Part shown: piece after piece, positions 37,741 through 50,200 of the stretch
Numbering within the stretch: position 1 is the first letter of the stretch
Layout: each line of letters opens with the position of its first letter
Origin: Pseudovirgaria hyperparasitica
Taxonomy: Eukaryota
Direction: 5' to 3' (one strand)
DNA length: 64,000 nucleotides
Assembly (NCBI GenBank): GCA_010093815.1
Contig: ML996588.1
Notes under the pieces: model-generated
What the model saw: the letters and a program-made list of their open reading frames with translations, nothing else
What the model was told of the DNA's origin: nothing
Databases searched by the model: none
Position numbers and translations under genes: made by a program

Positions 37741-39213
37741 CTAATGGCAGACGACTTTAGCATACTTCGTAAAAAGTGCATCCTTCTCTAAACGTAACAT
37801 CTCTTCCTTCGGCAAAGACATAGAGACCTCAAACCCGCCGCCTTTTTGTAGTGGGAGTACAACACAGCGCCTGCACACACCATCGAACTCTCTTCTAGGT
37901 ACGCGCAGCAAGTCTGGTTGGCCACCGTTGGCAAAGATGTCACCAAAGTCGAGGTCGAATAAGCTCCATGCTATCCACGACGTGATACAAATTTCAGGAG
38001 GAATGAATGAAGCGAAAGGGAACGTGACTTTCGTGTAGTCTGATATCGCAGTAGCGAGTCCATACGCAGCATGTAACCGCTCCTTCGTGATATCATCAGC
38101 AGATTTCCGTATGGCCATTGTAATCGTTGAGAGGGGGGTTTCCGGGTTCACGAGTGTTGACAAAGCCATCCGTGTTGTCACAATAAATATCAGGGTACCT
38201 AGATACGTCCACGGAAGCGAGGATGAGAAGTCTGCGCGGCCATCCATTGTGGTGTCCAGGATAGCATGTACTTCTTGCTGGCTCTGGGGATGCGGGTACC
38301 GCGCTGCTATAATTCCTCTCCACAGGACCGCCATAAGGGCATCGTTGGCGCTGATGGAGCCGCGGGCACTGCTTCTCGGACACGATGACTCTACGCTCGC
38401 ATCTTTCTTCAATGCAATGAACGAGCTTTGAGAGAAATAGAAGACTGTTGCACGCATCTCGGGGGCATCTTGGACGGCGTGTTCAGTTTCTGATGGTAGA
38501 GTGAATTCGGCCTGATCCGTATTCAACGGGTTGAGGCCTATGAGCCGCCAAAGATCCTCTGTTGACTTGTTCCCATGCTCTTCGTCGAGATCTATGTCTA
38601 CATTGCCCTCAAGCTTCCAGTAGTTGGTCAAAAGATCCGTCCGATGGCTTTCTGCAGCAAGCTCAAATGATGGTCCAGTGTCCTGCAGATTTTGTAACTG
38701 CCGAACGTGTTGAGACCAGAGTTTCATAACCCACATCCCGCTCGTACCATCAATGGCCGAATGAAACATACCAATCGACAGTAGTATCCCTCCTGCTAGG
38801 ATGTTGGCTTGTGCCACAAAAGTCGGAGCGCCAGCATCGAGATCAGGGGTAAAGGCTGGAGGGAAAAGGACGTTGCCGTCCATGGAGTCCTGGGGCATAC
38901 CGGCGTCGATCAGATCATCATAATCCCACGAATCACTGATATTGTTCAAAACGATATTCGGCACCCAATGGAAGTTTGTTTCAAGCTCCAAGCGCCCTTT
39001 GGCTGAGTCTGTGGCGCTCGGCTTCTTCTCAAAGATCTTCGAGGTCAGAACCGGCAAACTCTTACACGTTCTCTCCAAACCCTTCTGGAGTGTATCGCAT
39101 ACGTAGTACGGGTCGCTATTGGGTTTTGTTCGAAAGCAAAAGATCAATCTGGCGTAGAATCGTGGCATAACATTGTCCATTGGACTAAGGGCTATTCGGG
39201 TAGATGGGGACAT
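37741..39213 (-). CDS. O-acyltransferase, Tri101/BAHD-like (HXXXD) family
   Basis: Likely start MSPSTRIALSPMD; catalytic HSAIDG, SANDAL, DGRA, ITSW and DLDFG motifs. Confidence 0.9.
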   Translation of the reverse strand: MSPSTRIALSPMDNVMPRFYARLIFCFRTKPNSDPYYVCDTLQKGLERTCKSLPVLTSKIFEKKPSATDSAKGRLELETNFHWVPNIVLNNISDSWDYDDLIDAGMPQDSMDGNVLFPPAFTPDLDAGAPTFVAQANILAGGILLSIGMFHSAIDGTSGMWVMKLWSQHVRQLQNLQDTGPSFELAAESHRTDLLTNYWKLEGNVDIDLDEEHGNKSTEDLWRLIGLNPLNTDQAEFTLPSETEHAVQDAPEMRATVFYFSQSSFIALKKDASVESSCPRSSARGSISANDALMAVLWRGIIAARYPHPQSQQEVHAILDTTMDGRADFSSSLPWTYLGTLIFIVTTRMALSTLVNPETPLSTITMAIRKSADDITKERLHAAYGLATAISDYTKVTFPFASFIPPEICITSWIAWSLFDLDFGDIFANGGQPDLLRVPRREFDGVCRRCVVLPLQKGGGFEVSMSLPKEEMLRLEKDALFTKYAKVVCH

Positions 39214-39614
39214 GGTGGAGTGATAGTTTGTAACGTCACACAAGAGCTCCAAAATACCTAGAGGAGGATCGTGCAATAAATATGTTGCTCTAGTACTATA
39301 TCTCATGGTTCTGGCTGCGGAGTGTGGTATCTATGCGGCAGGAATATGTCCTTGTACTCGGAAGTCCTCTTGCAGAAATCGAAGGATTGCCCGACTCCAC
39401 ATCCATAGTGTTGTGCTAACCAATCAGGGTATTGTGCTCAATGCATCGCAATCGTCTTGCCATTCTCTATCACGAGTACATTCATATTTGGGAATAATCT
39501 AATTCATCACACGAACGAATACGCGTTTGACTCTGTATCTCCGTCGATCCCACACCGAAACAGCACCCAGCCCCAATCCACTCCTCGCATCTTTCCACCA
39601 AATCGGAGATCCGC

Positions 39615-40797
39615 CTATTCAGGCTTAAGATATCTATGAGTGGTCTTACTCCACTGCTCATTACCACTCATTTGATACTCTAGTCCCTTCATGTAAGCTC
39701 TAAGCTCGGGATTGCCCTTCTTGGGATCGCCCCCGATCTGTGTCACAACACTGATGAAACGTAGTTCCCACTCTCTGCAGAGCCTGAGCAATATCCTCTT
39801 CGCTGCGTTGGTACTGATGTCTGCTTCTTCTGCCAATATTTGCACGGAGTTACAAAGGATTCCCCCTTCCTCGTGTGCAGTTTTAGAAGCAAGTACCTCC
39901 TTCTCAAAGGACCAAATGTCGTTCATAATAGATAAATGCTTGGAGCATAGGTCATCAGCCGGGCGGGCGTTATTGAGGTCTTCTTTAGTCACTTGCAGTT
40001 TCATGGAGAAGCGCATAAGGGCTCCGAGGAGGCTGATGACACACGTTAGATGGTGATGAGATAGTACTCAGCAGGTCACGTACGCTTTACCAACATCCTT
40101 CTCTCGGTAGACATAATACTCGCCCATGCTTAGGTGTTTTGCGCGAGTCCGGTCTACCTGGGCCCTCATAAAAGTGAAGACTGGCTCGAGGATGTCGTTC
40201 GCCATATGATGATCGTGGTTCCGCATGCTCTCCCATAAGTCATAGAACTGTGCACGTCAGCGATAAGTAAGCTCAGCCTTTTGTTCTAGAGTTTGAATAT
40301 CATACTATGTACTCAACTGGGATAGTTCTGTCAGGTAGTTTATCTCCTTTAGCTATAGAGATCAGATTTTCGTTATAGGCGGAGCCTTCATCAAATGACA
40401 TGAACTCAAGTAGATCTACTGCAAGTCAGCTACGGTGTCTATTGTGTAGTGTATGAAGTGTACCGTCAGTGAGAAACAAAATAGTCAGCAAACGACAAGC
40501 GAAATGAATTCTGTCATCTAACGCTAGTGGAAAGTAAAGACAAGTGACTCGGGAGAATCCTGCTGCAACAAACTTCTTACGGGACTTTTCGGTAGGGAAT
40601 GGCCAGTGTAAGAGGAAGTAATTATTGACTTCCTTAGATATCTGTTCAACCAAGGGATGGCAGAGGTAGCCAAAGTTAGACGGGGGCTCGTCCAGGACCA
40701 CGGCTGAAGTGTAAGCAAGACTGTGGTCTTCATACCTCCAGAATACCTGGCTTATTAAGGAGAGTACGCGACTCAGTACACTGTTATTGACACTCAT
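39615..40797 (-). CDS. ari1: Aristolochene synthase (class I sesquiterpene cyclase)
   Basis: Spliced protein has FVAAGFSRVTCLYFPLALDDRIHFACRLLTILFLTD|DLLE (DDXXE), YDLWESMR, YREKDVGKALL, NDIWSFEKE (NSE) and YQMSGNEQWSKTTHRY. These blocks closely match Penicillium roqueforti and Aspergillus terreus aristolochene synthases as I recall them. Three introns. Confidence 0.95.
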
Positions 40798-41235
40798 TGT
40801 TGTCCAAAGTATGTCTCTGGGGATATTCGAAGGGTTCTTAAGAGACAGACGTCGTGACAATATGCAGGGGAAGTGATTTCTGACTTGAGTATTAGAGCCC
40901 ATAGCGCTGAGAATTTGTCCACAAAGCGTGAACACCTCCGTAGGAAGTAAACTGTGGTTCCGATTAGGGACGAACCGCCGGAAGTAGACCTGTTCGTCAG
41001 TACTACACGTGGGCACAGACCTTTCGTGACAGGTACTCCATTTCTGGACATCCGAGAACTCCGTTGTTGTCTTCGGCTAGAGCTTCGGTTGATCAAGCAG
41101 GAGTTTATGGCCAATAGGGTCAATAGAAATCACACTGCCGGATGCAAAAAACGAGAAATCGTCCTAGTTTAGATGTATGTGAAGTTCGCGTAGATAGATC
41201 AATGAATGATTGCAAATGCCTCTGTGCGAGTAGAC

Positions 41236-43107
41236 ATGGATACCATTATGCCAAATTCCTCGAGCCCCAGGGAGGCACTTACATTTCATGATACCTGGTT
41301 CACATGGCTATTATTCACCATCGGGTTTATACCAATCAGTACATACTTTGTTACAAACGTGCTATCTTTGCTCGCTCTACAAACCCCAAAAAGTATCAAA
41401 GATCCTCCACTGCTGCCCTATTGGATTCCGTTCATAGGAAACGCGTTCACTTTGCTGTACGATGTTGGGGGACTCGCTAACATGATCAAGTGAGTGAACC
41501 ATCATTGCAGAAATATGACACTTCGATTCCCTGCTGACCATCCCAACTTGCAGAAAGAGATATGGCGAATCCACACCGGTTTTGGTAACTCTAGGACCGA
41601 TCAAAGGATACGTGGTGTCTAAGCCTGAGCATTTTGCGACGTTACTCAAGTCATCTGCAAGAACCCTCACCCCAAAGCCTCTCATTGCTCTGGTAATGGA
41701 GAATGTGTTTGGTACCCCAAAAGACGCCATACATATCTATCGCAATGACAACTCCGGTGTTGCACCAAATCCAATCCCTGGCACTAATGTCAAACATAGA
41801 GTCTTCTACCATCAGCACTTATCCGCTCATCGATTTCTAACGGGTCATAATCTCAAGAGAATGACGGAACGATTCGTGGATTTCCTGAGTGAAGAATGCT
41901 ACCAGGACCGAAGTATTGGTGAGGACTGGATAGATATGCCTGATCTCTTCGATTTTTGGAAGACTCGTGTCCTCTGTGCAGCTGTAAAAGCCTTGTTCGG
42001 AACCTGGATCCTTAAACTAAATCCTTCATTTCAAGAAGATTTTTGGACCTATGTCAACGCTACGCCAACTCTTATGAAAGGCATTCCTCGATTTCTAGCA
42101 CCAGGAGCTTATGCCGCACGCGATCGTGTTTTCGAAAGTATCAAAATATGGCACCGATATGCCAGTGAGCACTCTGATTACAAGGACAATGGACCAGAAA
42201 GTAAGGAATGGGACGAGTACTGGGGTTCGTCTTGGCTCAAGGTCCGCCAGCAATTTGCGCGAAACACAGGAGAGATGAGCGAAGATGCCATAGCCGCCGA
42301 AGACACGGCGCTTCTGATTGCGTAAGTATCTCATTCGGACAGCTCGGTCGGCACTGATAAGCTGACCTGTTCAGTGCAAACGCAAATGCTATTTTCAGTG
42401 CAATATGGTTCCTCTTGGCAATTTACACCGATCCTGCGCTCGAAAAGATGGTCAATTACGAGGTCCAAAATAGCATAACTCAGGACACCGCCGGAGCTAA
42501 CAAGCCTCTAGCATTGGATATTACTGGAATAATTGATTCTCCACTATTGCAATCAATCTATGCAGAAGTTCTGCGCATGCGTGTTGCGCTGGTCTTGAAC
42601 AGGACGCCCGACAAGGCGGATTACGAGCTGGGAGGGTGGAAGTTTCGGAAGGGCCGGTCCATCACTTTCAGTACCCAAGTAGCTGCGCATAACGAGAAGG
42701 CCTGGAGTGTGGATAAGCCGCAGAGAGTGCAGAGACCACTGAGTCAGTTTTGGGCAGAAAGGTTTCTCACATCCACGGGAAATGGCTCGGCAGAAAAACA
42801 GTTCTCCACGGATGGATTGGCCGGCGCTTGGATTCCCTATGGGGGCGGTGTTTTCATGTGCCCAGGAAGGCACTTTGCAAAACAGGAAATAATGGGCAGT
42901 GTGGCAGCTTTCTCTGCTTATTATGACTTACTTATCCCCAATAGAGAGGCTGGGTGGATGCCCAAGGAGGACAAGCGTTTCTATGGGCTGGGGGCTATGC
43001 CCCCTGGAGAGAAGATTCGCTTTCGTATCCGGAAGAAGTCTGGTGCGCCCATGGGACCCCCAAAACACAAGAATTCGAGGTTGAGAGGCAACTGGTTCTG
43101 TGATTAA
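41236..43107 (+). CDS. Cytochrome P450, CYP7/CYP8-like type, cluster gene
   Basis: PPLLPYWIPFIGNA, I-helix LLIA|ANANAI, AEVLR, WAERF and YGGGVFMCPGRHFA; two introns. Confidence 0.92.
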
Positions 43108-43517
43108 GTAACCTTTCGCCAGAGCAGAAGATGACGAGACATGTGTATGGCGAGTGTTTACAATCAAGTAGTAGTAAGGATGACTAGAATATGATACCGA
43201 TACATGTGGGAAGTTTCTGGGACAAGAACGTAATAAAGTTGATCGACGGAAGGAATTATTTAATCTAGCTGAGGTCTATCCATGATATACTTACTTAGCT
43301 AAGCAGCTATATCAATGAATAAGCACTGAATAAGCCGATTAGCTTAGCCCGTCTGTGGACAGATCACGTGTATAGTATTTCTTTTTGGCATTTATCCTAG
43401 GTAACTCCTATGAAACTACAGACCACTGGTCCTCTTCAATATTTCAAGCTTCGAAGCGTCCATCTACTTCATTCACGCTGACACTTCTTAGCAAGCCCCT
43501 CTCGTCCCGTTCACCAA

Positions 43518-44541
43518 CTAGCGGAAGTCCGTAGCCGCCTGTTGCAGCCTCGTCAGCTCAAGGTTCGACCGACCAAACCAGAACGGACGCAGCTCAGCCA
43601 ACGGCCCTTCCATCTCTGTGTACTGATCTCCGAGTGTGAGGATGACTCGCCCATTCCATCGTTCTTCCGCCAACGCATCTTTCTCGGTCTCCTTTCCGTA
43701 GGGTTCCACCCTCCTAGCCTGCTTTGCCGTCGCCGAAAAGACTAAAGCAAGACCAACAAAGTGAGCCGAGCTCACCGGCAAGCCCATCGCGATGATAGGG
43801 GCAGCAAGGTCCTGCGGAAGTAACTTTGTGATCGTCGCGGCGGGAGCAACACCATTGATGGTGATATTGTCTCCGGCGATGATAGATCTAAGAGCTCGAA
43901 TCAATCCAATGAGCTTGCATGGGCGTCAGCAAATGCAAAATGGTACCGATCAATTTCAATCCTGCTCAATACATACTCCATGCTTGGCTCCTGCATAGAC
44001 CGGTAATGACTGCTCCGGAGCGTACGCAGTCGCACTGGTAGTCAGGACGATACTTCCAGCAACACCATGCGCCTTCATAGAGCTCCAAGCAAGCTTGATG
44101 AGGTTGATTGGTCCTTTGAAGTTAACATCGAGTATTCGATTGCTAGGCTCCAGGAGATTTCCCTTATCGTCGAATGTATCTGCGAAATAATTCGTCTCCT
44201 CGGTCACACCAGCATTGGCGAACGCGTAGTCAATCCGCCCAATTTCAGCAAACTTGTCCCGCAGCTGTGCCCAGTCTGAAATATCGACGACATGGAATAT
44301 TATGTTCAGATGGCTCTTATGTTCCTCGCTATCTGGTAGTGAGAGGTCTAGGACATGGACTGTAGCGCCCTTGGCCGCCATGATGCACGCAGCTGCATAC
44401 CCAATACCGGACGCACCACCTGCAAGATTATTTACTTTGCAAATAACTCTCTCCAGTCTTTTACAGTAACTTACCTGTAATGAGGGCAACTCTATTACCT
44501 AATTCTGGTATCAAGGATTCCCTAATGTTGATCGAAGTCAT
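43518..44541 (-). CDS. Short-chain dehydrogenase/reductase (15-PGDH-like, Prx4-like), cluster gene
   Basis: [37 protein letters not shown], catalytic YAGAK and VAP; two introns. Confidence 0.92.
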
Positions 44542-44970
44542 GTTGAGTGGTTTGAAACGAAGACTTTATGAAGAAGTCTAACCTCACCCGTGGCAAGAGG
44601 TTACACACTCATCTGGGTTGCGCTACGCTAATTTATGATCCAATCGTGGATGGACCTAAACCGTTAAGTGACCTTCCGAGACCATTCCAAGGAGAGTGCC
44701 GCACATGTTTTCTCCGGAATGGCACAGATTTGGCCCGGGCACCATTTTGGGGTTCCCACCTCTGGGCCGGGAAGACGGTGTCTATTTTTGCACATACTGT
44801 AGTGATGGCTCTACAATACTAGCGGTATGGAAACAACGACATATGCCACCACTGAAGCTCAACATAGTTCTACAGACGACTGTCTCCCAACATGACTGAT
44901 TAGCCCATATGACCGTCTCTCATGTTTGTTATTGGCTCTTTCCGAGCAACTAATACTTGATACACCGACC

Positions 44971-46660
44971 TCATGGCCTAGCTACAGCTCTCACTATCAA
45001 CTTAGGCTTATTCCACAACGTTCTCATCCGCACATCCCTCTGCCAATCAACCTCCTCGTTGAGAAGTTCAAAGTCGTATTTCCAATGTAATTTTACCAAC
45101 GTCGTCCGCAGTTCGACCCAAGCAAGACTAAGTTGACATATTAGCGGAGAAAAGGCAATACTGGGACTTAACCAAGATTTGCCTTACTTTCGACCAATAC
45201 ATGCTCTTGCCCCAAGTGAGAATGGCTGGCTGGCTTCCACGACATCGATCTCGTTCTTCCCTAGCCATCGTTCGGGTTTATACTCCAGTGGATCTGTGAA
45301 ATTGCTTGGATCCAGGCTCGCGGCAAGTGGGTTGACTGACACAATTGTTCCCTCTGGCAGAAAGTGACCATCAACGGTGTCCCCACCACGAGGCACCACG
45401 CGCGGAAGGCCTAATGGCAGAGGGGGGAAGATTCGGAAAGACTCTCTGATCACCGCATCAAGATATCGCAACTTCGATGTTGACTGCGCAGTGATACTTT
45501 CGTATTTGTCGAAGGTCGACCGAATCTCTCGCTGAAGTGACTGTCGGACACTGGCATTCTTCAGGACATAGTAGAAGATGCATGTAAGTGCTGTTGCTGT
45601 TGTCTCACTCCCAGCAACTATGAAGTCTGAAGAATGCGCAGCAAGCTGAACATCGGATACTTCGACTGAATTGTGCCGCTCCAATATTCGTGTCATAAAG
45701 TCCTTACGTGTCGTACGTTTCGCAATTCGTCTATGGTGTGACGAACGTCAACAGCGCACTGCAATATGACAGTTGTTGGGCTACTTACTTCCTTACGAGG
45801 TCCAAAGCCATCCCTTCGTTCTTTTTCGTATCTTGAACGATCTTGGCCATTTTGCCTGGAAACAGTAATACAAACACCCTAGCAAATGTTGGCATTCGGC
45901 TGAAAGCATCGGCGAGTGCACCTTGTGTTAGCGCACCGAGCGTAATAGCGATCCAGGGATGGACATTGCCACTTTCCACCCCACCGAATGACTCTCCAAA
46001 AGCAAGATCCCCGATGATATCAAAAGTCATCATTTCGAATGCTTTACCAATGTCGAAACCATGAACGCCCTGCTTCCCAGTCATATCGACTAGCATGTCG
46101 ACTGTTTTTGAGATCAAATGTTCTTGTTCGCTCAAAGAAGCATCTGAGAAGGCATGTGATAAGTATCTTCTCATCTTCCCATGAGCGATGGGGTCGCGCT
46201 CGCTCACGATGCTACCGCATTGATCAGCAAAGGGGCCGCCTTCGTAGAAACTGCTCTTAATGAAGGTCTGGTGTCCGGGACGGAAGTTATATATATCTTT
46301 CCAAGCCTGAGCACTGTTGAATGATAACTCGTTTGGCGCAGTTCGAACGACAGCACCGTATTTTCGATGCAGAGCCAAAAGTTTGTGGGGCTGTCGGCCG
46401 CCCATGTACCATAAAATATACGGAACATTGCTCAGAGCCGCTAACCTTGGACCAGGGAACTTCTTCAGAGGATGACGGTGAGATTTGTAAAGAGTATGTA
46501 AAGCCCATTGTACGACGTACTGGTCATATTAGAGACGCAGGAGTCAGCCATCTAACATGATACTCACACAAATGGCAAACAGCACAGACAGATCGAGTGC
46601 GAGACGCCCAGGCTTGACCTGTTCAAAAACATGTTGCGGATTGACACGAAACTGGCGCAT
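44971..46660 (-). CDS. Cytochrome P450 (CYP65/Tri11-like), second copy in cluster
   Basis: HPLKKFPGP, RTAPNELSF, FDIIGDLAFGESFG, AGSETTAT, RESFRIFPP, YKPERW and PFSLGARACIG; three introns. Confidence 0.93.
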
Positions 46661-47239
46661 AGCTAGCACCTGGCTGATTGAATGTAAATGTTCGAGAAGG
46701 AACAGCGTATTCGATTGTCACTGACGTGCTCCGCCTACATTCTATCTCTAACCGAGAAGATGCTCGATCGCCGGGAAGGATGCAGCAACGGAGGTGCTAT
46801 ATTAGGACACCCCACGCCCCCTAACCCTCGTAACGGATGTCTTGATCCATACAGCCGACAACAATCCGGCCTCACTTTACTACCCAATCAAGATATCGAC
46901 TTCGGAATTATACGATTGGTCTTTGCTGACTGCGATATTGCTCACGGATGGTTTACTCTCGCCAATACTGCCCGTGGTATCCGATTGACTCCATCTACAC
47001 CTACCGAAGGCGTGAGGAGGCGTCCCAGAGACGCATGAATGAAATTTTCTGATTCGTCTTCATAACACAACGCCCTCTTCCTCGTTCTACCATGTCGACT
47101 TTTCATTAAAGCCGCTCCGCTGTGCTTCCCGTCATTATTGCGAACACCCACCTCTCCATATATATTGCCATTCTTAGCTACTACTTGCGTTCTACGGGAC
47201 CCCATGTGTCTTCATAATTTCATGACTTTGTGAATGATC

Positions 47240-50200
47240 ATGCATTACAATGGCGCTCCAGTTGACAGCCAAGATGGTCTGAAGGCTAGCCTTGACGGGT
47301 TCAGCTCTACCTTAAGCAGGGCAACGGAAGAGCACACTCACAACCACAAGAATGGTGCAAGAAAAGAATCGCAAACCAATGGGTGGACAGATAGCACGAA
47401 TGGGACCCCATGCGGGATGCCAAGTATTCCCATAGCGATAGTGGGGATGAGCTGTCGATTCTCTGGCGGAGCGTCGAACCCTCAGAAACTTTGGGATCTT
47501 GTGGCTCAAGGACGGTCAGCATGGTCAAAGATTCCTGCTTCCCGGTACAATAGCACGGCCTTTTATCACCCTCATCCGGAAAAGCTTGGCACGGTGAGCG
47601 CTCCGTGAACTACTAGTAGCCTTCACTGACGACTGCATAGTCAAACGTGGAGGGGGGATACTTCCTCGAGGAAGATGTCAGCTATTTTGATCTCTCGTTC
47701 TTCAGTTTCTCTGCTGAAGTTGCCGCTGTAATCGTCCTTCGACATGCCTTGAAACGTGAGCATAAGCTGAAGTTCATATAGTGCATGGACCCTCAAATCC
47801 GCATTCAGCTTGAGTTGGTATATGAAGCCCTGGAAGATGGTACGTCATGCGATAGATGACAAGACTCTTATGTAACTAATGGGTTTCAGCTGGCATACCA
47901 TTGTCAAAGATTGCGGGAACCAATACCTCTTGTTTTGCTGGAACTTTCATCAGGGATTACCATGACCTCTTGATGAGAGATCCTGCAACCCTGCCTCGAC
48001 ATTTCACCACTGGTAACTTTACGGCCATGGTCGCCAACAGGATCTCCCACTTCTTCGATCTGCGTGGACCCAGCACCTCAGTTGACACGGGCTGCTCGAC
48101 ATCTCTCACAGCTTTGCACTTGGCATGTCAGACAATCCGCACGGGCGAATCTGACTGCTCAATTGTCGGTGGCGCTTGCGTGATGTCAAATCCAGATATG
48201 TTTTGTCAACTTTCAAGCCTCGGATTCATCGGCATAGATGGTAAATCGTATTCTTTTGACCACCGTGCACAGGGTTATGGTCGTGGAGAGGGTGTCGCCA
48301 CCTTGGTCTTGAAGAGATTGGATGATGCAATTAGAGACCGTGACCCAATAAGAGCGGTGATTCGAGAAACTGGTCTCAATCAGGATGGCAAAACGCCGAC
48401 CCTGACATCCCCTTCCGGGGAGGCTCAAGAATCCTTAATGAGGGACTGCTATCGGCGAGCCGGGCTCAATCCCCTCGATACAACTTATGTAGAAACACAC
48501 GGTACCGGCACGAAGAAAGGTGATCCTGTAAGTGATGATCCGTACTATTCATTCATCGTGCAAATCTTACAGCAGGTGTAGATTGAAACAACTGCGATTG
48601 GTAAAGTGTTCGGAAGGCCAAGCACTATCGAACCTCTACTCATTGGATCCATCAAATCCAACATCGGACACACAGAGGCTGCCAGTGGGATAGCATCCAT
48701 AATCAAAGTAGCTATGGCGTTCGAAAATAGACAGATACCACCTAGTATCAATTTTGAGAAACCAAACCCGCTGATTGATTTCACCAACCTCGGGATTCAG
48801 CCTGCTCGCAGTCTTGAACCTTGGCCAGAATGTGATATTCGGCGAGCCAGCATTTCCAACTTTGGCTATGGAGGTTCCAACACGCATGTCATCATGGAGG
48901 ATGCTGCTTACCACAGGGAGGACCCCCCGATGAGTACGGAGAAATATGCCACGCCACGAAAGGTGTTCATCTTGAGTGCACGTGACAGGGAAGCTGCGAG
49001 CACTATGCGATCCAAGTTGAAAGACTATATACTAGCAGCGGTCGAACGTAGCGAAGATATTGATTTCTCAGATCTCGCGTATACTCTAGATCAACGACGG
49101 TCAAAGTTCTCTTGGACAACAGCCATCACTGCTGGGACTGTAGGCGAGCTCATCGATGGACTCAAGGACGCTACTCTCAAACCTTCAAGCGTGCTCTCGA
49201 AACCCCGGGTTGGCTTCGTCTTTAACGGACAGGGTGCCCAATGGCATGCTATGGGCAGAGAGCTGATGCAGACCTATCCAGTCTACACTGAAACGCTACA
49301 AGAAGCAGACGCTGTCATTAAGAGCTTTGGCTCAACTTGGTCTGTTGTAGGGGAGCTCTCCAAAGAATCTGATCATACGCGGGTCAATGAAGTCACCTTC
49401 AGCTTCCCACTGTCCTGTGTGGTCCAGCTAGCTCTTGTCCGTCTTCTATCTTCCTGGGGCATCAAACCGTCTGCAGTTACTGGTCATTCCAGCGGCGAGG
49501 TCGCGGCAGCCTTTGCAGCCGGAGCCTTGAGTTTCAAGGAGGCTATCGCAGTCACTTACTTCAGAGGTCTACTAACGGATCAGTATGTCGTCAAGGCCAA
49601 GAGTCAAGGTGGTATGCTTGCTGTCGGTCTAGGCGCCGCAGAAGTCAACGAATACCTTGGTAAGCCATTGCCTGGAAAGGTCGTTGTAGCCTGCGAGAAC
49701 AGTCCGTCGAGTGTGACGCTGTCTGGTGATGTGAGTGCTATCGATGCGCTGGAGGTCTTATTTCGCGATCGGAAGATATTTGCGCGAAAATTGAAGGTCG
49801 CAGCCGCCTATCACAGCCATCATATGCTCCCAATCGCAGAGGGCTACCATGCTGCACTCTCAGAAAATATGGACTTAAAAGGATCATTCGGTGATGTTCT
49901 CTTCTCCTCGCCAGTGTCCGGCTCGTGGATCTCAGATGTCGAGTCTCTGGGACCTTCACACTGGGTCGAAAACATGATGAGGCCAGTGCTATTCACTCAA
50001 TCACTCTCAAACATGATCGCTGGTCTCACAGAATCCAACCCCTTAGGGCAGAACGTAGATTTTTTAGTCGAGATTGGTCCTCATGGAGCACTTAGCGGCC
50101 CAATCCGACAGAACATCACACATGCTAACCTCAAGCACCTCAAGTTAGATTATGGGTCATGTCTGACCAGAGGACAGGATGCTGTTAGCACAATTCAGCA

